Positions 11,908 through 21,282 of a DNA stretch of 64,000 nt are shown here, in pieces. Position 1 is the first letter of the stretch; each line of letters begins with the position of its first letter. This DNA comes from Piedraia hortae CBS 480.64 (Eukaryota). The DNA lies in NCBI GenBank assembly GCA_010093745.1, contig MU005995.1, positions 1 to 64,000 on the forward strand. The letters run 5' to 3'. The position numbers and the translations under genes are program-made. The notes beneath the pieces are model-generated. The model was not told where the DNA came from. It did no database searches and saw only the letters and a program-made list of their open reading frames with translations.

Positions 11908-12737
11908 ATGACCCTCTCACCAGACATCCAATCCCTTTTAGTACGTTCCTTCCCCAAGCACCCACCCCCATCTAACCCCACTTATAGGCAGGCGGCATAG
12001 CCGGAACATGCGTCGACGTCTCCCTTTTCCCGCTCGACACACTCAAAACCCGCCTCCAGAGCCCGGCGGGCTTCTGGGCCTCAGGCGGAGTTAAGGGAAT
12101 CTACCGCGGAATCGGATCAGCAGCGGCTGGGTCCGCACCAGGCGCAGCTCTCTTCTTCGTAACCTACGAAGGCGTGAAACGGCATGCTACCAACCCTACC
12201 TCTACGGGAGCGCAAATGCTAGCAGCGAGCTTAGCCGAAGTTGCCGCTTGCGCGGTGAGGGTTCCTACTGAGGTTGTGAAGCAGCGCGCGCAGGCGGGCG
12301 TGGCGGCCTCGAGCGCGGATGCGTTGAGGAGGATTGTGGTTGAGAGGAGGTCGTGGGGGCATATAGTTAGGGATTTGTATAGAGGTGGGGGTATTACAAT
12401 TATGAGGGAGGTGCCGTTTACGATAATCCAGTTTCCGCTGTGGGAGGCGATGAAGGGATGGAGGGGAAGGGAGTCAGCGGTGGAGAGCGCTGCGTTTGGG
12501 TCGATTGCTGGTGCGATTGCGGCGGCATTGACGACGCCGTTGGATGTGCTCAAGACGAGGATTATGCTGTCGCATGTGAAGGTTGGGGCCGCGAGGATGG
12601 CGAGGGAGGTTTGGAGAAGGGAGGGAACGAGGGCGTTTTGGAGGGGCGTTGGGCCGAGGACGATGTGGATTTCTATAGGCGGGGCGGTGTTTCTGGGGAG
12701 TTATCAGTGGGCGAGTAACCTGCTGAAGGGTGTTTGA
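11908..12737 (+). CDS. PET8: Mitochondrial S-adenosylmethionine carrier; exons 11908-11940 and 11988-12737
   Basis: 47-nt intron (GTACGT...CTAAC...TAG). Three carrier motifs [22 protein letters not shown] and [11 protein letters not shown], plus [14 protein letters not shown] typical of Sam5/Pet8. Confidence 0.92.
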
Positions 12738-12851
12738 TAGATGCGTTCAAAGAGTATAGAATTGCACTGTACATGCAGTCATCATAATGCAGTGTTTCAT
12801 ATTAAAAGATAGTGTGTAGGGTGAGTGATTTGTACTGCACATTACTATTCA

Positions 12852-14003
12852 TTATACACTGCGGTCCCGCTGGATCAATTCCTTGACCAACTCCTGCCTG
12901 GACCCAATGCGGTCATCATACCACTCGCGGTATTGCAGCCGAGCCTGCTCAGACTTGGCAGCGAGTTGAGGCCAATATCTCTCTGCATCTTCAGCTGCAC
13001 GAGCAGCGTCTTGCATACGCCCCTGAATCTGGAACAATGCCACCACATGGCTCATGAAGACGCAGTAGGCCACATCACGGCCTGGGGTGTGCACGTTCGC
13101 AGGCAGAGCCGAGTACCTCTGACAAAGGCTCAACATGCTATCGGCCGTGGGCTTGGCTACGTGATACAGCCTTAGAGAAGCCACGCAGAGCCTAGTATGC
13201 CCGGGCGAAGATGCCCATCGGTTCACCGTACTGATGAATCGGTCATACCGATCAGGGTCTGTATTGGCATAGTCGTTTTTGATGTTGGTGAGGGCACGCT
13301 GCAGAAACGACCCGGCGTCTTTAACCGGAATATTCATGTCACTTGCGCGGAAGAATGAGTCTAGAGCGGTATTTGCGCTTTTGATACTTTCCGGTCGCCA
13401 AAGTTGAGTAGAAATTAATGCCCTTAAGAGCGATTCCCTCCATGGAAACGTATTCTTGCCTAAACATTTCCAGATCTCTTCCTCGTTGCTCTCCTCTCGC
13501 ACCAACAAGACCAAATTGTTTTCAAAGCCAAGGCTCTTGGTGGGATCAGGCTGCGGAAGTTCATGCAGGCAGTCTAAGATCGTGGCTCCGGCCGCCTGAC
13601 TGGTGACTCGCGCCTGTCTTTCACTCGAATTTAGCGCTTCCAGAGATTGGCGATAGTTATCAAAGCATAGTTGTGCGATTTCCACTGTTGCAGTTCCATC
13701 TTTCACACGATCCCTCAAGAATTTCACCGGATCAGTTCGCGATGCAGTCGGCTGGGCACTCGGTTGGGCCGGATTTTGTGACAGCAGCAGACTTGTTAAG
13801 ATAGAAGCAATATGTTTGTCTGCAAGGGCGGCAGACGATCGGACGGTTGGTTTATCAGCTGCAGCAGGCGGATAAACCTCGTCCAGGTGTTGGCGGAAGG
13901 AGCCGGTAAGAGCGTCTAGCAGGCGTGATGATTCCTTTGCAGACAGCGGAAGCTGGCCAGATAATATAGCTCGCAGTCTGTGGGCCACAAACTTTCCTCT
14001 CAT
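12852..14003 (-). CDS. Conserved fungal hypothetical protein (possibly mitochondrial)
   Basis: Long intact ORF from MRGKFVAHRL; N-terminal LPLSAKESSRLLDALTGSFRQHLD resembles an uncharacterised Pezizomycotina family. Confidence 0.7.
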   Translation of the reverse strand: MRGKFVAHRLRAILSGQLPLSAKESSRLLDALTGSFRQHLDEVYPPAAADKPTVRSSAALADKHIASILTSLLLSQNPAQPSAQPTASRTDPVKFLRDRVKDGTATVEIAQLCFDNYRQSLEALNSSERQARVTSQAAGATILDCLHELPQPDPTKSLGFENNLVLLVREESNEEEIWKCLGKNTFPWRESLLRALISTQLWRPESIKSANTALDSFFRASDMNIPVKDAGSFLQRALTNIKNDYANTDPDRYDRFISTVNRWASSPGHTRLCVASLRLYHVAKPTADSMLSLCQRYSALPANVHTPGRDVAYCVFMSHVVALFQIQGRMQDAARAAEDAERYWPQLAAKSEQARLQYREWYDDRIGSRQELVKELIQRDRSV

Positions 14004-14371
14004 GCCATGCGGTCCAGTTATCACGTCACATACGACAACAGCGATCCTAACCCTACTTCCACTTCGGGCCTAGCGCAAACACCTCCCTCAAAACCCCCAC
14101 AGCATTTTCTTTTCTTCTCCTTCTTCCTCTGTGCGGCGGCGCGATAACAGTGTTTCCCCTATAGTTGCTTGACCATCTATGAACATGATGTGTCCCAGCG
14201 TCAATCGCGCCACAGAGTGAACATATTGCATAATCGGTTCCGCCCAAAATTCCGACAGGTGCCTATTAGTGGCCCTGTTTGGCTTTCTGCAGCTCCGAAC
14301 ATTTTCTCAGATACACAGATAGCTATTGACAATCCTTTTAAAAGTTTGCAGAAGCCACCCAAGGATTCAGC

Positions 14372-16132
14372 ATGCCCTTCAAAGTAGTAGCACTGATCTC
14401 AGGCGGGAAAGACTCGTTCTTCTCCCTGCTGCACACTCTTGCCAATGGCCATGAAGTCGTCGCCTTGGCGAATCTGCATCCCCCGGAGGAAGCAGAAGAA
14501 GAGGACATGAACAGCTACATGTACCAAACCGTCGGCCATGGCGTGATACCACTTTATTCCCGCGCCTTGGGTCTACCGCTTTACCGACAGGTTATCAAAG
14601 GGACGGCAGTGCATACTGGACGTGATTATCCTGACCCGTCTCTATCAAAGGCTGAAGAAGACGAGACAGAAAGCCTCATCCCCCTTCTTACCAAAGTCCA
14701 CGCCAACCACCCAGAGATAAACGCTCTATGCACGGGTGCGATCTTTTCAACATACCAGCGCACGCGTGTGGAGAATGTCGCACGTCGCATGGGCCTCGTT
14801 TCATTAGCCTGGTTATGGCATTATCCTTTCTTGCCGAGTGATCAACCTAACAGCAACGCTTCCCTTCTCCACGACCTCTCCCACGCGGGCCTCGACGCAA
14901 GAATCATCAAACTCGCCTCCGGCTCTTTACCTGCATCACTCCTCTGGTCCTCCGTCTCCGACACACGCATCATCAACCAACTAACGACTGAAACGCGAAA
15001 ATTCAGCGGAGAGGCAGGCGCAGTGCTAGGCGAAGGGGGCGAGTACGAAACACTAGTAATACGCGGACCGGCGCCTACGTGGAAATTCGACATCTCTGTT
15101 ACTAACATACAAGCCTGCATCCCAGAAGGAGGAGGCGGCATATCAAGGGTAAAGGTACATGAACCTCGCCTCATCCCAAAGCAAAACCCAAAAACAGGAA
15201 CAGTCCGTAAGATCTCACTCTGGGATAAAAAATTCCACGAAATTATTAAAAGTATCGAAGACGTGGTTACATTCCCAGAGCCCATTCCCCAAGATCCACC
15301 CCTTCAAGGCCACATTCTGGAAGTGCATACTTCTAGGGATACAGCCCTCCCCGCTGCGGAGCAGCTTAGGGAAATCTTCTCGCGCATCCACTTCGTGGAT
15401 GCTATCGTCCAGATAATCCTTATACTCCGGAATATGTCCCTCCTCCTATCCCTCGAACCTGTTCTGGAAGACGTATTTCCCACCTCACCACCCACACGAA
15501 TCACCTTCGCGAACAGCGAGCATCTGCCCCCCGGGTGCGAAGTGGGTGTGTACCTCCCTTCCGCTACTAATTCCTCCCGTGAAGCCCTACAAATCCATTC
15601 ACGCTCCTACTGGGCACCCGCTGCGGAGGGATGGTTCTCCCAGTCCGTAACCACAACCCGACCGGGAGGCGAAGGAAAAACAATCTATCTCTCCGCCTGC
15701 ACAGGTCTAATCCCCCGCACCATGAGGCTAATAGAGGGTAGCTTCGCGCGCGAAGCAGCCCTCGCGCTGCAGAATAGCCTCCGCGTGGGGAAGGGGGTTG
15801 GCTTGAAAACCCCCACCGCGGGGGCTGTGTTCCTTATAGACGGGAAGGAAGAGGGGCTGTGTGGGTTTATCTGGAAGGAAGCGTTCTCCGCCTCCCAATT
15901 CCAAAAAGAGAGCGAAAACTTTGATATCTGGGATTTGAAGTATAACTCCCACAAGCGAATCTTCGGCGGAGTTTTTGCCGAGGAGGAGGAAGGGGGTATC
16001 GTCCCCCCATTATGGGTCATAAAAGTCTCCTCCCTTCCAAACAACGCACGCGTTTCATGGTCAATCTGGGGCGGAACGGATCCAGACTGGAATGTTATAA
16101 AAACATTAGTTAGTACGACTCTCTCGTCATGA
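14372..16132 (+). CDS. DPH6: Diphthine--ammonia ligase with diverged C-terminal YjgF/RidA-like domains
   Basis: VVALISGGKDS, NSYMYQTVG, GAIFSTYQRTRVENV, GEGGEYETLV; C-terminal LQIHSRSYWAPA. Confidence 0.93.
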   Translation: MPFKVVALISGGKDSFFSLLHTLANGHEVVALANLHPPEEAEEEDMNSYMYQTVGHGVIPLYSRALGLPLYRQVIKGTAVHTGRDYPDPSLSKAEEDETESLIPLLTKVHANHPEINALCTGAIFSTYQRTRVENVARRMGLVSLAWLWHYPFLPSDQPNSNASLLHDLSHAGLDARIIKLASGSLPASLLWSSVSDTRIINQLTTETRKFSGEAGAVLGEGGEYETLVIRGPAPTWKFDISVTNIQACIPEGGGGISRVKVHEPRLIPKQNPKTGTVRKISLWDKKFHEIIKSIEDVVTFPEPIPQDPPLQGHILEVHTSRDTALPAAEQLREIFSRIHFVDAIVQIILILRNMSLLLSLEPVLEDVFPTSPPTRITFANSEHLPPGCEVGVYLPSATNSSREALQIHSRSYWAPAAEGWFSQSVTTTRPGGEGKTIYLSACTGLIPRTMRLIEGSFAREAALALQNSLRVGKGVGLKTPTAGAVFLIDGKEEGLCGFIWKEAFSASQFQKESENFDIWDLKYNSHKRIFGGVFAEEEEGGIVPPLWVIKVSSLPNNARVSWSIWGGTDPDWNVIKTLVSTTLSS

Positions 16133-16138
16133 AGACCG

Positions 16139-17296
16139 CTACGTTCCCCTCCCCCGTCCCCTTGCTCTTCCTGCCCTCCCTCCCCTTGATCCTCTAACCC
16201 TAGTAGGAACCCCCCTCCCCACCCCACCGGTGGGAACGGTATTGTAAGAATCCCTATGCACCACAACCTCCACCGTCCCCTGGGCGACATTAACCCTCCC
16301 CGCCGCCACCGCCTTCGCCAACCCCTCAGACTCCTTGAACCTCGCGACGGCGGTTCCCTTGCGGGGATCGATCGTAACATCGTGCACCGGACCGAAAACG
16401 GTCAAAGCTTGTAAAATCAATTGCTCCGTCATCCCCTGCTGGGTGCGTGCGTTTTTTAGAAATGCCTTTGTCGCCTGCGGCGGGATAGGAGATTGTGATG
16501 TCGAATCTTCAGTTGGATCGGAAGCGGGCACGACAGGCCAGGTGGAAGTTGAGCCTGGGCTTGAAGGTTCTTTTTCACCATCGCCGGGGGATATTAACCT
16601 CCGCTTTGCGAGGTCGGATTTCTTGGGTCTGCCTGGGTTCTTAACCTGGGGTGTTGCCCGCGGGGAGGCGAGTTCTTTGGCTTTTTTCTCTCGCAGTGCG
16701 TCTAGCAACGGGGTGGAGGTTATTGGCTCTGTCTCTTCGTTGAGGGGTATATCTACGGGGGTTTTTTCATAAGGTTGGGTTTGCTCTTCGAGGAAGAGCA
16801 TGAATTCTGGATCCTGGTCGATTGTCCCTTGGCGGTGGTCAGGTCGGGATTTGATCCCCACGGGGGTGCGTTGGAAGGGCGCTTCGCGGAGTTGAGGGGG
16901 TAGATGTTCTAGATCTGCGTTGCGCCAGGTTTCGGCCTCGTCGTGGAAGGCGAGGGTTGGTATGAGACTGTAGAGGGTGAAGACGGCGTTGTCGCTGGTT
17001 AGGAGGAGGGTACAGCGACTTTGTTGGTGTGGTTTGCCTGCTCTGCGCAGTTTGCCGCGGATGAATTCCCGCCAGGAAACATGAGGTCCTCCCGGGGCCC
17101 AGTCGGGGCCTAGGATTGTGTCGAGCTCGCAGAGGGTTAATCCTGGAGGAAGACGGCGGATTTCGTGCTTGAGTTTGCAGTGGCCTGCTAAATGCCGCTG
17201 GGCAGCGCTCACGGCTAGGACGTCGCGGTCGTTTTTGGGGAGCATGGGTTGCTTGAAAGTTATTTGTTGTGCTGCTGGTTGGTTGGACATAGACAT
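16139..17296 (-). CDS. UPF3: Nonsense-mediated decay factor Upf3 (Smg4/UPF3 domain)
   Basis: IRRLPPGLT...LG.DW...GK, APFQR, RQGTIDQDPEFMLFLE, TSTPLLDALREKKA; C-terminal RRM-like segment and RGG tail. Confidence 0.85.
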   Translation of the reverse strand: MSMSNQPAAQQITFKQPMLPKNDRDVLAVSAAQRHLAGHCKLKHEIRRLPPGLTLCELDTILGPDWAPGGPHVSWREFIRGKLRRAGKPHQQSRCTLLLTSDNAVFTLYSLIPTLAFHDEAETWRNADLEHLPPQLREAPFQRTPVGIKSRPDHRQGTIDQDPEFMLFLEEQTQPYEKTPVDIPLNEETEPITSTPLLDALREKKAKELASPRATPQVKNPGRPKKSDLAKRRLISPGDGEKEPSSPGSTSTWPVVPASDPTEDSTSQSPIPPQATKAFLKNARTQQGMTEQLILQALTVFGPVHDVTIDPRKGTAVARFKESEGLAKAVAAGRVNVAQGTVEVVVHRDSYNTVPTGGVGRGVPTRVRGSRGGRAGRARGRGRGT

Positions 17297-17382
17297 GACT
17301 CGGGTGTGAATTGAGGCTGACGTAATGTACACACCGCCGCGAGGCCCGTGTCTACGAAAAGCTATATATGAGCACACGTAAA

Positions 17383-20300
17383 TCACAACAATCCCCCGTT
17401 AAAGACTCCCTGCTGCAGCGTTTCTGGTGGCATGTTTGCCCAGATTTCCCGTGACCCGTTGCGTGAAGTGCTTGTGGGTGGAATGGTAACCTCTTCAAAC
17501 GCTTCCGCAATCTGCGTCTGATCCGGCCCGCCGGATGTCATTGCTTGTTCGTACGGCGGTGACTTGGCTCTTGTAATGCTGCCCTTTCGTTCTCGCGGAG
17601 AGTCAGCCGTGACAGGAGATGTGATCGTGCGTGAGCCCGTTCGTCGATGTGTGCGTACCCAGTCTGTCATTCCCTTGATTCGGGAACCGCGTGCCTCCAC
17701 ACTGCTGCTACCGCGTCGGTGTTTCGCTGTGTGATATGGTGACGATGTAGCTGCCCGTTCAATAGGCATGGGAAGAGTGCTGTCGACGACAATGTCAATG
17801 ACATCGGAATGCCGGGCGCCCGGAGCTGATGGCGGCGGTGGAGGAGGCGGTGGGACAGCAAGGTGCTGCAGCTCCGGCAGCATAGTTGGTGCTGCGTCTG
17901 CTGCAGTTGGTGGGATGATGATAACATTCTCGTCGTCCATGTGCAGCGCCTCATCAATACTCAACCGCTGGGGTCGACCGACCATCTCAGGCTCGGGTGG
18001 TGTAACTTTGCGTAGATGGCTCCTTGGGCTGGTGCTCTGCTGCGTTTCCAGTGGTACCGACATTGACCGCGGCAGTACAGCTTTCTGACCAAAGACTGTC
18101 GACGGCAGCAATGGAGCAAGATTGTCTGCTGCTGGCCGCCCTTCAGTTGCCGGCTCAGTGCGTTTCATGGCGCGAGGAGTGGCCGGCAATCCGCCGTTAT
18201 ACTTAAGCATGTTGCCAGGGTCAGCACTCTGACTGCGGTGGACGGGCGACTGCACCATGTTGCTGTCGTCTTTTGGCTCATTATGTGTGTGGCTTCGCAC
18301 CATATCCGGGCGAGGTGGAGGACCTCCACCGGGCAACGGAATGGCAGGGGCCGATGGACGGCGAGCAAGTGACTGTCGTCTAATTTCCAACTTCATCGCC
18401 GCCACGTCCTTCTTAGAGAGCCCATCGGGAATGATCATGATGCTGTCGGTTTCCGAGACGGTCGCTGACCGGCTATGCGCTCGTCGCGGCGCTAGCAAAT
18501 CCTGTATAGTTCCCTTGGAGCCTGTCATGTAAGATGGAGGCAACGAGGGTGAACGAAGTGGAAGATCAAACTCGAGACGATTAGCACCTCGACCACGGTT
18601 GTTTAGATTTGTACCGACCAGCTCCGGGGGCTGTCTCTTCGTCTTTGGTTCAGACCGCTGGGACGGGGCAGGGGAAGCCAATTTGTAAAAGTTCTCATCG
18701 TCAACCGTGATCTGGGCGGGCGCGGCTGTACGCTTCGCCGTGAGGACATGTCTTGTTGGCGAGTCTACTGGTGTATCATTCCGTTGAGCAAGTCTAGCTT
18801 TTGCCCGCTGCGTGTCCTTTTGTCGAGTACGGTTTCGAGTGCGACTATCCACTTGCTCGATGTCCCCTTCCCCAACAAATGGATTGCTCTCTGAAAACGC
18901 TGGTTCCCGCGACGGTTTACGCCTGGATGCAGACATGGGGAAGCTCGTCCACCGCTCATCCGTCTCAGGACTAGAATTCCTGGAGGACGAAGAAGGGTCG
19001 CGCACACGGTTGTCCCTTGGGCGAGATGAGGGTACTCGTGCAGTCATGGGGGTTTGTCGGTCGTCTGGACCAGTCCTGTTACGTGAAGGCAGCCGTTTCT
19101 GACGGCTTGCACCGCCTGGGGTGACGGTGCGTGCCGATGAGGGATCACGCACAGTGCGTGGTTGTAACCGCCAAGAGTTGAGTCCACCTGGCGAAAGGGC
19201 CGATTCTGCAATCGGTGTGGCCGCGATTTGAGACAGTGAAGGCTGCTCATCGAATGCCGTGATGAGCTTCAGAGACGCATTCTTGACCTTGAGCCGCTCG
19301 GCGCCGGCGCTTGCTGGTGGAGAGTTGGGAGGATGAGGGACATTTGCAGGCGGAGACCACGGTGCAGCGGCTTCGATGCTGGTGCACGAAAAGCAACGGA
19401 CGGCCAGCTCAGTTTGACCTTTGCGCACCGCAGTCTCTCCCCATTTGCGAATGAGATGAGATTGTCGAACCCAATCCGAGGGGCAGAGCAAACCTGTAAG
19501 CAAAAGAGCCTCCATCCACAGCTCCTGTGAAGCGTAGACCTCGATGGCCTCGTTAACCTCGCCAAGGTCCAGGAGTAAGGCAGCAGCCAAATGGGCTTGT
19601 CTCCTTTCCAGCAACTGCTGAACAAAAGATTGACTGACACGCTTTTGGTTTTCTGGTCCGACTGCATTCAGAGCTAAGTGAATCCAGTCATACGGATTCA
19701 TCGACAGCATATCACTCGCCTGCTTTATTTCACGCTCGCCAAGCCACATTCCCAAAGTGATGCGGTTAACAGAGTCTGCCGGACACAAGTCGAATTCATT
19801 GCGTACGAGGCTGTGAAGGTCATCATTCCAGCCAAAAACAACACTTAACATTTCACGCTGGAGCAGCTCAGGTGTCGGTGGATAATTGCCAAAGTGGGGA
19901 GTTCGCAGAGGGGTGCTGAGCAGGCGCGCAATTGCACTAGGAAATAGCTCGGCTGGCTTGGCTGGTCGATGAGAGACCGATTTTTGCTGAAACGGAGAGA
20001 GAACGCGGGACTCTGGCGGTGCATCTCCAAAGGAAAACTCGGTGCCATTGCGTACCGAACTGGCCGTATCAGGACGGTCGTATAGATAACGGCGTACCCG
20101 TCTGTTTCCACGAGAAGACCGGGAGCTCACCGACGACGCTTGGCTAGACACGGGACTCAGAGGGCCCAGACGATCGCGAAGCTCCGACTCCAAAGTGTTT
20201 CCATACCGCTTACGCGGGGACAAGGCCTCATCAGCACTGCTTTCTGTTTCAGAGTAGCGTGGTAAAGAAGTGATGGGCGGCGTTGTTGGGTTGTCAAACG

Positions 20301-21282
20301 AGGAAACGCTCTTCACCAACGCTGGGTCATTAACGTCGTACTGCTGCACCAGACCATCTCGGCCTCGAATTGCGAACAACATGCTGCTGGGCCCGTAATT
20401 GGCCATGGCAGAGAGGCCTTCGGGCGTCTGCAACGTCACCCAAGTGACCTTCTTGGTACGCACGTCCCAGGCTCGAGTGTGGCCGGCTACGTGCTGCACG
20501 ATGCGTCCGTTCTTGGACCAATTCATCCAACAATCGCCTCTCGCACCGCTCGCATCACCAAGCTGCAACATGCGAATTACTGTGGGGGGATCAGAACTCG
20601 GAGCCTTGGGTAAGCTCCAGACACGCAAATCGCCGTCGGCTGTGTGGGTAGCCAACATCTCCGTCTTCTGTCGTGACGAGGAACCATGCCAGGCGAGACC
20701 GGCGATGCGACCGGGCGGACGGTTCAAGTTCAGCGTGTGCACTATGGCAAAAGGCTGCACCGTCGCAACCAGAATGGAGCCATTTAGATAGCCAATGGCG
20801 AAGGTGCGACAGTCGGCAGCTGGAGCGAGGGCGGCGATGGGGTCGTAGATTGTGCGCACTGCGATATGCTCTGCGCTGGCGTGTTCAAACAAGATAATGT
20901 TGCCTTGGTCGTTGCCGAAGGCCAAATTGCCGTTGCGCATGAAGCTGGCCGCGCGCAGGCGGTCGTAACTGGAGAAGCGCGACAGTTCGGCGCCCGTCCA
21001 AATGTCCCATACTATCGCAGTATTGCCGGCGTCGTAGCTGACCGCCAGACGACCAGCGCTATCGCTAACATTGTCTACCTGGATCCAGCGCACCGGCTGG
21101 CGATGAAGGCTGAATCGTTTCTCTATCGCTAAACTGCCATGGTGGAGCACGAGGATCTCTCGGTCCAGCGCATACAGCAGAAAGGAAGCCGTAGCCGCGC
21201 AAGGTCCAAGTCCATCATCATCGTCTGTGGGCGGCAATTGGGCAGACGGCGAAGGTCGTCTGGGTTGCGAGACGGTCGACAT
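17383..21282 (-). CDS. Large WD40-repeat protein with central helical/TPR-like region and low-complexity C-terminus
   Basis: Intronless ~1300-aa ORF from MSTVSQP; WD repeats (AIVWDI, LRVWSL, TRAWDV), helical block AAALLLDLGEVNEAIEVY. Confidence 0.85.
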   Translation of the reverse strand: MSTVSQPRRPSPSAQLPPTDDDDGLGPCAATASFLLYALDREILVLHHGSLAIEKRFSLHRQPVRWIQVDNVSDSAGRLAVSYDAGNTAIVWDIWTGAELSRFSSYDRLRAASFMRNGNLAFGNDQGNIILFEHASAEHIAVRTIYDPIAALAPAADCRTFAIGYLNGSILVATVQPFAIVHTLNLNRPPGRIAGLAWHGSSSRQKTEMLATHTADGDLRVWSLPKAPSSDPPTVIRMLQLGDASGARGDCWMNWSKNGRIVQHVAGHTRAWDVRTKKVTWVTLQTPEGLSAMANYGPSSMLFAIRGRDGLVQQYDVNDPALVKSVSSFDNPTTPPITSLPRYSETESSADEALSPRKRYGNTLESELRDRLGPLSPVSSQASSVSSRSSRGNRRVRRYLYDRPDTASSVRNGTEFSFGDAPPESRVLSPFQQKSVSHRPAKPAELFPSAIARLLSTPLRTPHFGNYPPTPELLQREMLSVVFGWNDDLHSLVRNEFDLCPADSVNRITLGMWLGEREIKQASDMLSMNPYDWIHLALNAVGPENQKRVSQSFVQQLLERRQAHLAAALLLDLGEVNEAIEVYASQELWMEALLLTGLLCPSDWVRQSHLIRKWGETAVRKGQTELAVRCFSCTSIEAAAPWSPPANVPHPPNSPPASAGAERLKVKNASLKLITAFDEQPSLSQIAATPIAESALSPGGLNSWRLQPRTVRDPSSARTVTPGGASRQKRLPSRNRTGPDDRQTPMTARVPSSRPRDNRVRDPSSSSRNSSPETDERWTSFPMSASRRKPSREPAFSESNPFVGEGDIEQVDSRTRNRTRQKDTQRAKARLAQRNDTPVDSPTRHVLTAKRTAAPAQITVDDENFYKLASPAPSQRSEPKTKRQPPELVGTNLNNRGRGANRLEFDLPLRSPSLPPSYMTGSKGTIQDLLAPRRAHSRSATVSETDSIMIIPDGLSKKDVAAMKLEIRRQSLARRPSAPAIPLPGGGPPPRPDMVRSHTHNEPKDDSNMVQSPVHRSQSADPGNMLKYNGGLPATPRAMKRTEPATEGRPAADNLAPLLPSTVFGQKAVLPRSMSVPLETQQSTSPRSHLRKVTPPEPEMVGRPQRLSIDEALHMDDENVIIIPPTAADAAPTMLPELQHLAVPPPPPPPPSAPGARHSDVIDIVVDSTLPMPIERAATSSPYHTAKHRRGSSSVEARGSRIKGMTDWVRTHRRTGSRTITSPVTADSPRERKGSITRAKSPPYEQAMTSGGPDQTQIAEAFEEVTIPPTSTSRNGSREIWANMPPETLQQGVFNGGLL

